NCBI RefSeq assembly: GCF_053078305.1
Contig: NZ_CP166879.1
DNA length: 64,000 nt
Direction: 5' to 3' (one strand)
A program made the translations under genes and the position numbers. Below, one piece after another: positions 34,398 through 44,142 of this stretch. Each line of letters starts with the position of its first letter. The stretch's first letter is position 1. Under the pieces are notes generated by a model that made no database searches, was not told the DNA's origin, and saw only the letters and a list, made by a program, of their open reading frames with translations.

Positions 34398-35555
34398 TTA
34401 TTTAGAACCGGCGCTCCAGCGAAATCCCCAGCCAAATGCCCGGTCCATTTCGTCCTGGCCTTTGAAGTACTGGTTGATACGCTCAACTTTAATCGCACCG
34501 TTTTCGTTTACGAGTCTGGCAATGGCGCACAATGTGCGACGGTTTTCACCTTCAGTCAGGCGGGTCTCAATGGGCGGTTGATCCGGCACATAAATGGTGA
34601 CCACTCCATCAGTCTTGTCCCAACTGGGAACACCTTCATAAATAAAGGCGTAAATCAGCACTTCGCGGATATGCTTCCATTCACGTCCATTGATATGCAG
34701 CCACTCGCCGTCTGATACATCACCCGTCCGGTCATCGCCCTTGAGCTGAACATAAGGTTCATCGCGATAATCACCGAATGCATTACCGAGCGCCTGAATG
34801 ACCGACTTATACCCGTCCTGAAGCTCAACAAAGGCTCCCAGATCCAGGTCGATGCCTTTGGAGCCGAACATGCCTGCAAAGCCGGATTTGCCGCTGCCCC
34901 GGTGCCAGTTCAGGTTGATCCTGATTTCACCGAAGTTATCCCGTTTGGTCAGACTGATTGCAGGCATCTCTTTTGTCAGAGATACTTTACTCAGGCTGAT
35001 TTTTGTCTCAGCTGGCAGAGGGGGTACAACCGGAGGAGTCGGGGCTGCGGGAGCCGGTTCGTCGGCAATATTTACGCCGAAATGCTCTGCCAGCGGTTTA
35101 AGTCCACCGTTGAACCCCTGCGCAACGAAGCGGAATTTCCAGCCATTATTACGACGGTAAAATTCACCCAGAATTAAGGCTGCTTCCTGACGGCCGCTCA
35201 GTTCGACACAGCCGCTCACCAGGCCGGTAGCCCCTTGCTCCACGTCGATGGAAAGATTACGAAGACCGGACACCGTCTGCCCACCGTCACAGGTCACGGT
35301 GAACGCAATTTTCTGGACATCAGGTTTCAGCCGGTTGAGCGCGACAGTAAAGGTTGAGTACTGACCTTCACTGACCAGGCTGACAGTACCATCATCGTTA
35401 CGTGGCTGACCATAAAACACCATGTCCGCATCCCCCTGCACCTTCCCGGCGGCATACAGGCGAAACGCTGAAGCATCCACCTGGACGCCCGAGGTTATCC
35501 GGACCCGCAACTCCTGGGCTGGAACGGGGGCATTGCCCCCCGGCATCAGGTTCAT
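34398..35555 (-). CDS. terA: Tellurium resistance protein TerA (385 aa, double TerD-like domain)
   Basis: Sequence, length and operon position fit. The ATG overlaps the terZ stop (TAATG). Confidence 0.9.
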   Translation of the reverse strand: MNLMPGGNAPVPAQELRVRITSGVQVDASAFRLYAAGKVQGDADMVFYGQPRNDDGTVSLVSEGQYSTFTVALNRLKPDVQKIAFTVTCDGGQTVSGLRNLSIDVEQGATGLVSGCVELSGRQEAALILGEFYRRNNGWKFRFVAQGFNGGLKPLAEHFGVNIADEPAPAAPTPPVVPPLPAETKISLSKVSLTKEMPAISLTKRDNFGEIRINLNWHRGSGKSGFAGMFGSKGIDLDLGAFVELQDGYKSVIQALGNAFGDYRDEPYVQLKGDDRTGDVSDGEWLHINGREWKHIREVLIYAFIYEGVPSWDKTDGVVTIYVPDQPPIETRLTEGENRRTLCAIARLVNENGAIKVERINQYFKGQDEMDRAFGWGFRWSAGSK

Positions 35556-36136
35556 TAGCGAATAACCGCAGAAACGATATCGGAGTGCATATCGTCAATT
35601 GTGCGACCGCGACAGGCATGACCAAGGGCGGTAAAGTCCCAGTTGCCGTTATTACGGCGCAGCGAAGAAATAACGATCCCGGTATGTGAGCCCTGCTCAG
35701 TCAGCTTGTAGCAAGCCAGCTCTTTGCCGGTTTGATCGACCACACGACAGAACGCATTTTCGACGTCATTGAACGACTGCCCACGGAAGCTGTTAACCGT
35801 AAACGCCAGGTATTCAACGTTTGCAGGCAGACGGGAGAGGTTGACCTTAATCACTTCATCGTCGCCGTCACCCTCACCAGTCAGGTTATCACCGCTATGC
35901 ACAACAGCTTTGCAGGTGGATTCCAGTTTGCGGAACCAGATGGTGTCAATTGTTTTACCGGTGCTGTCCATTAATACACAGCCAGCATCGAGATCGATTG
36001 AGTCGTTACCTCCAAACAATCCTCCAAGAAAACCTTTTTTCTTAACCGGATCCCAACCGAGACCGAAATGAAGCTGGCTTAATGCAGGTGATTCTTTGCT
36101 GAGTGATACCGTCTGATTCTTAACTAATGAAACCAT
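35555..36136 (-). CDS. terZ: Tellurium resistance protein TerZ (193 aa)
   Basis: MVSLVKNQTVSLSKESP...[13 protein letters not shown]. First gene of the operon. Confidence 0.9.
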   Translation of the reverse strand: MVSLVKNQTVSLSKESPALSQLHFGLGWDPVKKKGFLGGLFGGNDSIDLDAGCVLMDSTGKTIDTIWFRKLESTCKAVVHSGDNLTGEGDGDDEVIKVNLSRLPANVEYLAFTVNSFRGQSFNDVENAFCRVVDQTGKELACYKLTEQGSHTGIVISSLRRNNGNWDFTALGHACRGRTIDDMHSDIVSAVIR

Positions 36137-36455
36137 GTTTTATTCCTTAAAATGCTGATAACTGAGACAATCAAAAGTATATTTAGTAACTGGCGAAGAA
36201 AATCATATCATGATGAAGTTCTCTGACAAGGGAAATTTGGTAGCTTTCTGTAAAAACACAAAGAGAAATCCTTTTCATGATGTCCTTTCATCTAAATACC
36301 AATTAAATATCAACACATTAACAGGTAACACAAAAACACTGATACACTCCATAACCTCAGGTGTTATTAATCATATTATGATTGACATGTAGCATATACA
36401 CCCATAAACTCACTTCTCGACAATAAATTTTCTTGCCGTTCCGGATAATAAAAAA

Positions 36456-37514
36456 ATGAACAAAAAAATTTGGTTTATGGAAGGTTTGTCCTCTCAGAGA
36501 GATATTATTCAGGGGGTTAAATTATTTGCACAAAAAAATAATTTTGCCATTACCGTTTTTGCCTCCCACCGTAACGAAAGAAATGAAATCCTTTCCGTTG
36601 CCGATTATTCTTTGACTGAACCTGAAGATCCTCAAAAACGTCTTCAGTTTATTCAGGAAACCATTCAGACCTACGGCATCCACCATATTCATACTGGTCG
36701 TAACAACCAGTGGTTTGAAGAACACCGAACCGCCATTGAATCGACCGGTGCCACCCTTACTACCGGTGCAACGGGCATCGACTGGTTAACTCTGGCTGAC
36801 GAAAAAGTTACTTTTGCTCAGTTTATGGAGCAAAAGGGGCTCCCGGTCGTACCATCCTGGCGGGTGAATACGCTGGCAGAATTAAAGACACGCCTCGCGG
36901 CTCCGCCGTTCACTGACAGTCCGGTATGCGTGAAGCCGGTGACGGGTATCTACGGCATGGGATTCTGGCGCTTTGATGACAGTGCTTTGCCTATGGCCGT
37001 CTTTAATCACCCCGAACATCGTCTGGTCAGCCCGCAACTGTATATTGCTGCAGCGTCGGCTTCTGAGTCGTTTAAACCCCTTGTTTTGATGCCGTACCTG
37101 CCTGGCCCGGAATTTTCCGTCGATATCCTCGCGGATAAGGGCGAAATACTCGCAGCCGTGGGACGCCGTAAGGAAGGGGCTATCCAGTATCTGGTAAACC
37201 AAGGAAGCGCCTGGGAACTGGCGTGTGACTGCGCCCGGGTTATGAAGGCCGACGGGCTGGTGAATGTTCAGACGCGAAACGATGTGAATGGCAACCCGGT
37301 GCTGCTTGAAACCAACATGCGTCCGTCAGGCGGGGTGGGTTATACCCTTCACAGCGGGGTTAACCTTCCCGGGTTGTTTGCTGCTTTTAAGCTCGGTCTG
37401 ATGTCTGAAGATGCGGTGATCCAGAGCGCCAGAAATACCTTTTCTCCGGTTGCAGTGAGATCCATCACAGATGTCATCGTTTACCCGGAATCACTCTCTA
37501 ACCTTCTGAATTAA
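36456..37514 (+). CDS. ter-associated ATP-grasp enzyme (352 aa)
   Basis: First gene of the divergent ter-linked cluster. The gene order matches my memory of R478/O157-type ter islands. An ATP-grasp-like C-terminal half is present. Confidence 0.7.
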   Translation: MNKKIWFMEGLSSQRDIIQGVKLFAQKNNFAITVFASHRNERNEILSVADYSLTEPEDPQKRLQFIQETIQTYGIHHIHTGRNNQWFEEHRTAIESTGATLTTGATGIDWLTLADEKVTFAQFMEQKGLPVVPSWRVNTLAELKTRLAAPPFTDSPVCVKPVTGIYGMGFWRFDDSALPMAVFNHPEHRLVSPQLYIAAASASESFKPLVLMPYLPGPEFSVDILADKGEILAAVGRRKEGAIQYLVNQGSAWELACDCARVMKADGLVNVQTRNDVNGNPVLLETNMRPSGGVGYTLHSGVNLPGLFAAFKLGLMSEDAVIQSARNTFSPVAVRSITDVIVYPESLSNLLN

Positions 37515-37523
37515 GGCGTGTTT

Positions 37524-38666
37524 ATGTCTGATACCCTCGAAGATATGATTTATCGCCGTACCCTCTCATGCGGTACGATTCAGGTAACCCGCGACCAGGG
37601 TGAAGTTTCGCTCGATGACCTGTTTGATATCGCTGAAAGACGTAACCCGAAACGCGCCTTTCTGTTTGTCAGCAAAGTACTCGGCAGGCACATTCCCGTG
37701 CCACCCTCAGTCATGCGGCAGGCCTACAGACAGCTTGCCAGCCAGTTCCCCTCAACGCTGACAGGGCCCATACTGTTTATCGGTATGGCAGAAACCGCCG
37801 TTGGGCTTGGGGCTGGTGTGTTTGATGAAGTGCGCCACCAGCATCGTGAATCTGTCTATCTGACCTCTACCCGTCACCCGGTTGATGGCACATTGCTTTG
37901 CGAGTTCAAGGAAGAACACAGCCACGCCACCGATCATCTGATCTATCTGCCAGACGATGAAGAGAAAAGACGTCGTGTTACAAACGCGCGAACTCTGGTT
38001 TTGATTGATGACGAAGCAACCACCGGTAATACCTTTATTAACCTGCTTTCTGCCCTGCGTAATACCGGCAAGCTTCAACATATTGAACAGGTTATCGCTG
38101 TTACGCTTACGGACTGGAGCGAAAATGCCCTGTCCAGGCGCAGCACTTTACCCGTCACTTCGGTTTCTCTTGTAAGTGGTCAGTGGGGATGGACTCCATT
38201 ACCAGATGCACCTGTCCCGGACATGCCGAAGGTCAACGTAACTTCACGTGGAAAATGGGACATCCAGGGAAAACAGTCCTGGGGTCGACTGGGGATGCTC
38301 GCACCTGCGGCCGATCTCGGTCATGAGGTATCCTTCCGCAAGGGGGAGCGTGTTCTGGTTCTCGGGACAGGGGAATTCGTCTGGGAGCCGTTCCTGCTTG
38401 CTGAACGGCTCGAAGCTGCCGGAGCACAGGCATTTTATGGTGCGACCACCCGCTCCCCTATCGCCGTTGGTTATGCCATTAAGTCCGCAATTTCCTTTAC
38501 GGATAACTACGGCCTGGGCATCCCCAATTTTGTCTATAACGTCGCCCATCAGCAATTTGACCGCATTCTTGTGTGTACTGAGACACCTGCAGAAAGTATT
38601 GACACGCGGCTTCTTAAAGCGCTGGCTGAGGTTGCACCCGTCGTGGAGATTGTTACCTATGAATAA
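37524..38666 (+). CDS. ter-associated phosphoribosyltransferase-domain protein (380 aa)
   Basis: PRTase-type motif VLIDDEATTGNT. Start set at ATG 37524. Confidence 0.7.
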   Translation: MSDTLEDMIYRRTLSCGTIQVTRDQGEVSLDDLFDIAERRNPKRAFLFVSKVLGRHIPVPPSVMRQAYRQLASQFPSTLTGPILFIGMAETAVGLGAGVFDEVRHQHRESVYLTSTRHPVDGTLLCEFKEEHSHATDHLIYLPDDEEKRRRVTNARTLVLIDDEATTGNTFINLLSALRNTGKLQHIEQVIAVTLTDWSENALSRRSTLPVTSVSLVSGQWGWTPLPDAPVPDMPKVNVTSRGKWDIQGKQSWGRLGMLAPAADLGHEVSFRKGERVLVLGTGEFVWEPFLLAERLEAAGAQAFYGATTRSPIAVGYAIKSAISFTDNYGLGIPNFVYNVAHQQFDRILVCTETPAESIDTRLLKALAEVAPVVEIVTYE

Positions 38667-39432
38667 ACCCGTTGTTCTGAGCGACCTTGACGACACGCTC
38701 TTTCAGACCCGTCGTAAAATGGTAGACGAGCTGGCCCTGGAGCCATTCCGTACCGGTGCCGTTGATCGTACTCTGAATCCACGAAGCTTTATGACAGAAG
38801 AACAGTCCATGTTAGTGGACTGGCTCCTAGAGCAGGCTGAACTCATTCCCGTTACCGCACGGGGAACTGAAGAAATCAGCCGCGTAAGGATCCCTTTCCA
38901 CTCCTGGGCAATCACCACGCACGGGGCCGTCATTCTCACGCCTGAAGGCAAACCCGACGAGGAGTGGAAGGCCCATATGCTCGGCCAGCTAACTCCCTAC
39001 CAGGAAAAGCTGGCATCGATGCAGCGTCTGATCACTGAAATGATGGACGCAAAAGGGATCAATGCCTGGGCAAGACTGAACTTCGAATACGGTGAAACGG
39101 CGGTTTATATGGTGATGAAACACCGCGACAGCACTCGCCTTGACGAACTCAATGCCATTGCAGATGAGATAGAAACGGTATTTTCGACCGAGGGCTTCTA
39201 CATCCACCGCAACAGTAACAACGTAGCCTGGCTTCCCACCCCGGTTGAGAAAGGGCTGGCCGTCAGCTGGCTGCTTGAAAAACTTCGGGCTGAACGCGGA
39301 GTTTTCCCCGTAATTGGTCTGGGCGACAGCCTGAGCGATCATCGTTTTATGAAACTGTGCAGCTGGTTTGGCATCCCGCGTCAGAGTCAGTTTGCAGATG
39401 CCATTTCACAGCGAATTTTTGGAGAAAATTAA
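38659..39432 (+). CDS. ter-associated HAD-family phosphatase (257 aa)
   Basis: MNKPVVLSDLDDTLF (DxDxT). Its ATG at 38659 lies just before the upstream stop (ATGAATAA). The 394-aa ORF-track version is a 5' over-extension. Confidence 0.75.
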   Translation: MNKPVVLSDLDDTLFQTRRKMVDELALEPFRTGAVDRTLNPRSFMTEEQSMLVDWLLEQAELIPVTARGTEEISRVRIPFHSWAITTHGAVILTPEGKPDEEWKAHMLGQLTPYQEKLASMQRLITEMMDAKGINAWARLNFEYGETAVYMVMKHRDSTRLDELNAIADEIETVFSTEGFYIHRNSNNVAWLPTPVEKGLAVSWLLEKLRAERGVFPVIGLGDSLSDHRFMKLCSWFGIPRQSQFADAISQRIFGEN

Positions 39433-39433
39433 A

Positions 39434-40513
39434 ATGCAGCCACATGAAACATTTACCGGCTCATACCAGCCCGGTGACGTGGAATTTCTGCTAAAGCCGG
39501 TTGTCATTGAAATGACGCCAGTTGATCAAAAAGAAGAGCTGATTCAGTCCGGGAAGAAACATTATTCGGACATGCTCAGCCAGGAGCCAGCGCCGACACA
39601 ATGGCATCTTGATTTGTTTCACCGGGCGCTGGATCGGGGCGCAGAGAGACTTGCAAAAGAAGTCACACAGCTCGCTATTGCTCTGGCCGAACGCTTCGGT
39701 GATGAGCCCATAGTACTGGCCAGTCTTGTCAGGGCTGGCGTACCGCTCGGCGTTATGCTACACCAGGCTCTGCGTGACATGGGAAAAACCTCATGGCATT
39801 ACGGCATCAGCATCATCCGGGATCGTGGAATTGACGGTACAGCACTTGATATCATTGAAGAGCGGCATGGTACCAGCGGCATTGTCTTTGTTGACGGATG
39901 GACAGGTAAAGGCGCAATTACCGGAGAGCTTGTACGCGCACTGAGAGATCGCCCGGGCTATCCTGAGCAGCCGCGACTGGTTGTCCTGGCCGATCCCTGT
40001 GGCTGTTCCTGGCTTGCAGCAAGTGATGATGACTGGCTCATTCCTTTTGGCATCATGGGGGCTCCGGTGTCAGGCCTGCTCTCCCGGTCAGTATGGTCCT
40101 CTGAAGGATTACATGGGTGCATGGTTTGCGAGCATCTCAGTGAATTCGAATGCAGCCGGATGCTTGTCGATACCGTCGCTCATTTCCGTAAGAAGTTAAC
40201 ACCGTCATCCCTCGCTCCTCTGAGCTGGAATACGGAGTCAACCCGGGTCTTATGGCAGACAAGTCGCGACGTTATCGCGTTCCTGGCCGATGAATTTAAA
40301 GTGGACAGCGTCAACCGTATTAAACCCGGTATTGCTGAAGCAACCCGGGCTGTATTACGTCGGGTACCGGACCATGTATTTGTGCGTTCGATTGACGACC
40401 CGGACGTTGCCTTACTTGTGGGGCTTGCTCGTGAAAAGGGAATAATTGTTACAGAAATGGGGGGAACCCTCGGCCAGTATCGGGCTGTAACCATTATCAA
40501 AAAGGTATTCTAA
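39434..40513 (+). CDS. ter-associated PRTase-like / StiP-family protein (359 aa)
   Basis: Start at ATG 39434, 1 nt after the HAD gene stop. Family assigned from position and remembered annotation, not from a motif. Confidence 0.6.
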   Translation: MQPHETFTGSYQPGDVEFLLKPVVIEMTPVDQKEELIQSGKKHYSDMLSQEPAPTQWHLDLFHRALDRGAERLAKEVTQLAIALAERFGDEPIVLASLVRAGVPLGVMLHQALRDMGKTSWHYGISIIRDRGIDGTALDIIEERHGTSGIVFVDGWTGKGAITGELVRALRDRPGYPEQPRLVVLADPCGCSWLAASDDDWLIPFGIMGAPVSGLLSRSVWSSEGLHGCMVCEHLSEFECSRMLVDTVAHFRKKLTPSSLAPLSWNTESTRVLWQTSRDVIAFLADEFKVDSVNRIKPGIAEATRAVLRRVPDHVFVRSIDDPDVALLVGLAREKGIIVTEMGGTLGQYRAVTIIKKVF

Positions 40514-41469
40514 TGAAAAATCGTCTTTCTCCCTGGAATCTTGGTGCCACTCTATACATGCCTGCAACACGGGAAGATATTGCTGATGCCGTTCTGCACG
40601 AGAAAATCCCGGGTTTGCGCTCTCTGGTGATTTGCCTGGAGGATGCTGTCAGTGAAGCAGACATCCCCGTCGCCCTCAAAAATCTAGAGCACCTGCTGCA
40701 CGAACTCAGTAACAGCATGCGTAGCCTGGGTAAAAATAACTGGCCCCTGTTGTTCATTCGCCCCCGGCATGCCGAAATGGGCAAATGGTTAAAAGAACAT
40801 TATGATCTTTCCGCTGTCGACGGGTTTGTGTTACCGAAATTTACCCTAAGTTCGTTAGCTGAATGGTGGGATATCATGGGCGGAACTCACCTGAGCATGA
40901 TGCCAACGCTGGAAACAGAAAACGTCTTTGATGTGATTCAGATGCGCGAGCTGGCCACCCGGCTGTTGGAACATCCCTGCCACAAGCGCATTATTGCGCT
41001 TCGAATCGGCGGCAACGATCTTATGAACGTCGTGTCGCTTCGCCGTCCCCGAGCCCTGACGCTGTATGACAGTCCGATGGGCTACGTCATCAAAATGCTC
41101 GTTTCAGTCTTCAGCCCGCGTGATTTTGCCCTGACCGCGCCCGTATGTGAGCATATTGACGATCATGCCGTTATGGCCAGAGAGCTGGCTCTTGATATGG
41201 CACATGGACTTGTTGGAAAAACGGCCATTCATCCAGATCAGATAGAGGTCATTCAAAACGCGCTGATGGTCACTCAGGGTGAGTACTCTGACGCTCTGCG
41301 GATCCTGAACTCTACCCAGGCCGTGTTTAAGTCGCAGGGGGCGATGTGTGAACCTGCCACACATCGCCGCTGGGCGGCTGGCATTCTGGACAGAGCCCGG
41401 TTTTACGGGTTACATAACGAGCAAAGCGCTGATGGAATCAGATTACTTACTATAACCCAGCATCATTAA
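40513..41469 (+). CDS. HpcH/HpaI aldolase / citrate-lyase beta-like protein (318 aa)
   Basis: TAATG overlap with the upstream gene. ...RSLVICLEDAV... and ...GKTAIHPDQI... are CitE/HpcH-like motifs. Confidence 0.7.
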   Translation: MKNRLSPWNLGATLYMPATREDIADAVLHEKIPGLRSLVICLEDAVSEADIPVALKNLEHLLHELSNSMRSLGKNNWPLLFIRPRHAEMGKWLKEHYDLSAVDGFVLPKFTLSSLAEWWDIMGGTHLSMMPTLETENVFDVIQMRELATRLLEHPCHKRIIALRIGGNDLMNVVSLRRPRALTLYDSPMGYVIKMLVSVFSPRDFALTAPVCEHIDDHAVMARELALDMAHGLVGKTAIHPDQIEVIQNALMVTQGEYSDALRILNSTQAVFKSQGAMCEPATHRRWAAGILDRARFYGLHNEQSADGIRLLTITQHH

Positions 41470-41479
41470 GGAAATCATA

Positions 41480-42487
41480 ATGGGGTTCAGGTTCAGAGGT
41501 ACTTCCGTTTCTTTCTGTAGCCGGGGGGCCTATGCCAATCTGGGGTTACCCGGTACCGAGCTGAGTTACCGTACCCGGTTTGAGCTGGCCGCGCCTTCCG
41601 GAGGTGGAAACAGGACAGCAACCGTCCCGGATCTCAGACAGTCGCTTGAGCAGGAAGCAGTTGAACTCATGTCAGCGGTGACCGCAATTCGTAACATTCA
41701 CGAGTTGACGCTGGATCCAAAAACAGGCATCAATTGGGCAGAGCTGGAAGCAGTATACCTGCATAGCAGAACATCGCTTTTTCAGGTTCCGGCACCAGTG
41801 CGTCCTGAAAAACCAGAATACCATGCATTGTCGGAAAATCCTGCAGGGAACAAAGGCATTGTTTTTCTGGGTAAATGGTTTGAATCGGAATCAGCTAAAG
41901 CTGAGCGTCAAGCAGGGAATCTTCGCCGATGGCGGCAAGAACTGATTGATGTGAAGCGTGAGAATCCCCTTCGACAGCACCGGTACCAGCAACGGCAGAC
42001 GACCAGGGCCGAACAGTATTCAAACTGGAAGTGTGATGCTGAAGAACATGAAAAAAGGCTCGCCACGACTCAGGCAGATGCCCGGCAGTTGTTCCGGGCA
42101 GACGCAGCGTTTTTCGAATCATACCTTGCGGGTGTGCTTTCAGAAACTGAATGGCCGCGTGAAACGCTTGTTGCATTTGAAGTAAAGCCGGAGATATCAA
42201 CAGTCCTGCCGGATGTTGGTTTAGCTGAGATTGAAGATTTCCCTGATAAGATTTACGGCGTCAATGCCCGGGGCATGGAGCTGACGCAAAAAGCCATACG
42301 CGAAAACTATGCCCGCCACAGCCATGGCTGCTTGTTCCGACTGGTCGGTATCGTGTTACATACGCTACCTTTCGACAAGGTGATCGCATCAGGATTTACA
42401 CAACGAGTAAGCGGAACGACTATCTGGAGGATGTTTATATCCTGTCCTGCAAATGCACTCGCAGCCAGAAGGCATAGAACATATTGA
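41480..42487 (+). CDS. DUF4236-domain protein; the 3' end looks frameshifted
   Basis: N-terminus MGFRFRGTSVSF...LGLPGTELSYR fits DUF4236. Coding-like sequence continues in other frames to ~42577. Confidence 0.55.
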   Translation: MGFRFRGTSVSFCSRGAYANLGLPGTELSYRTRFELAAPSGGGNRTATVPDLRQSLEQEAVELMSAVTAIRNIHELTLDPKTGINWAELEAVYLHSRTSLFQVPAPVRPEKPEYHALSENPAGNKGIVFLGKWFESESAKAERQAGNLRRWRQELIDVKRENPLRQHRYQQRQTTRAEQYSNWKCDAEEHEKRLATTQADARQLFRADAAFFESYLAGVLSETEWPRETLVAFEVKPEISTVLPDVGLAEIEDFPDKIYGVNARGMELTQKAIRENYARHSHGCLFRLVGIVLHTLPFDKVIASGFTQRVSGTTIWRMFISCPANALAARRHRTY

Positions 42488-42592
42488 TCCGGTTGAAGCG
42501 TTAGGCTATCACCCTGTTATTCGAAAGATGAGAAACACATTCATTTTTCAGCCTATTGAACCACTAACCCTTTAAGCAAACTAAATATTACG

Positions 42593-43060
42593 ATGCAATT
42601 AAATACCAGACAGGCCAGAATTTTTAAGCTTGCCAACTTACTGGGCTCCGGCAAGCCTGTTTCCGCTACCGACATTATAACCTATCTGGACTGCTCAGAG
42701 CCGACATTAACACGGGCCCTCAAAGAGCTACGAAAGTCATATTCTGCAGAAATCAAATACAGTAAGGCAGGTCATTCCTATCATCTCGTTAATCCGGGTC
42801 AACTGGATAAAAAGACACTTCGCCGGATGAATGAGGCGCTTGCACAGAATGCTGATCTGAAAACCGGTGAGTCTACAGGAAAGGTCGTACTCGATAAGGA
42901 TAAAAAAACAGCCGTATCATTATCGCTACGCATGCGAATTTTAAGAAAAATTGACCGTCTGGCTGCACTGAGTGGATCGACCCGAAGTGAAGCTGTTGAA
43001 AAACTGGCACTGCATTCCGTTGACGAACTGATAAAAGAATACAGCGCTAAAAAATCCTGA
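42593..43060 (+). CDS. terW: TerW, HTH regulator of the ter island (155 aa)
   Basis: MQLNTRQARIFKLANLLGSGKPVSATDIITYLDCSEPTLTRALKELR... The length and position match remembered TerW. Confidence 0.8.
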   Translation: MQLNTRQARIFKLANLLGSGKPVSATDIITYLDCSEPTLTRALKELRKSYSAEIKYSKAGHSYHLVNPGQLDKKTLRRMNEALAQNADLKTGESTGKVVLDKDKKTAVSLSLRMRILRKIDRLAALSGSTRSEAVEKLALHSVDELIKEYSAKKS

Positions 43061-43075
43061 TGACAAATCTCAGCT

Positions 43076-43098
43076 CGGGGTGAATACCCCGGTTTTTT
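43076..43098 (+). terminator. Rho-independent terminator after terW
   Basis: CGGGGT (43076-43081) GAAT ACCCCG (43086-43091), followed by TTTTTT at 43093-43098. Confidence 0.8.
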
Positions 43099-43326
43099 CA
43101 TATTTCAACTCTGTCTTGGCGTGACGTATTTTTGATCTATTCTCCTCCCGCAATGCCAGCAGCTCCTTACAGCCTACAAAACCTAGCGTCTTGACATCCT
43201 CTTGTGCTACGCATCAATCTTTGGGCGATTTACACTCCACTCATGCAAATCTGTGATGTATGATGATTTTCAGTAAGTGTAAACTGACTGCCGTATGTAG
43301 CCATTAAGCCAGTATTGGTAACGTAG

Positions 43327-44082
43327 ATGCCCACCTTTTCACTTATTTGGTGGACACCACTTTGTCTAACTCGTCAGATTCTGACCAAACGTTTCAGGCT
43401 GTACGCTTACTCTGAAGGGGGGAGAATAGTAGCCCGTGATAGCATTGAGCTAACTGACAGCCAGATCGCAGCACTAAAGCGTAAAGCCAGTGATGACGAG
43501 GCCTGTGGCGAAAGCGAAACGGCTCATCCGGGATATCTGGGTTCGCAGGACACGTTCTATGTAGGCAACCTGAAAGGTGTCGGGCGTATTTATCAGCAGA
43601 CGTTCGTTGATACGTACTCGAAAGTGGCTCACTGTAAGCTTTACGTCACCAAAACACCGATTACCGCGGCTGACTTACTGAATGATCGTGTACTGCCGTT
43701 TTATACGTCTCAGGGCCTGCCGATGCTGAGAATACTGACCGACAGAGGCACGGAGTACTGTGGCAAAGTAGAGCAGCATGATTATCAGCTTTATCTGGCA
43801 ATAAACGATATAGAACACACGAAAACAAAGGCGATGTCCCCGCAGACCAACGGCATCTGCGAGCGGTTCCATAAAACAATCCTGAACGAATTTTATCAGG
43901 TAACGTTCCGTAAAAAACTGTACGGCGATCCTGATACATTACAGTCGGATCTTGATGAATGGCTGGCTCACTATAATAATGAGCGAAGCCATCAGAGAAA
44001 AATGTGCAATGGGCGGACGCCAATGGAAACGTTACTTGATGGAAAGCGCATCTGGGCCGAGAAAAATTTAAGCCAGATGTAA
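43327..44082 (+). pseudogene. IS481-family transposase, 5'-truncated (DDE/rve core only)
   Basis: ...FVDTYSKVAHCKLY...LTDRGTEYCG...SPQTNGICERFHKT...YNNERSHQ... is an rve-type core. The N-terminal HTH region is missing. Confidence 0.7.
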
Positions 44083-44142
44083 TCTGACAGATACCTGTAT
44101 AAATAACCGGTAACTGTCAGATCAGGTCTGAGCTAATACAAA

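Noticed and set aside
38248-38658. 5' extension of the HAD gene to a 394-aa ORF
   Set aside because: The extension overlaps the PRTase gene in another frame and has an implausible sequence. The HAD domain begins at MNKPVVLSDLDDT, with its ATG at 38659 lying just before the upstream stop.
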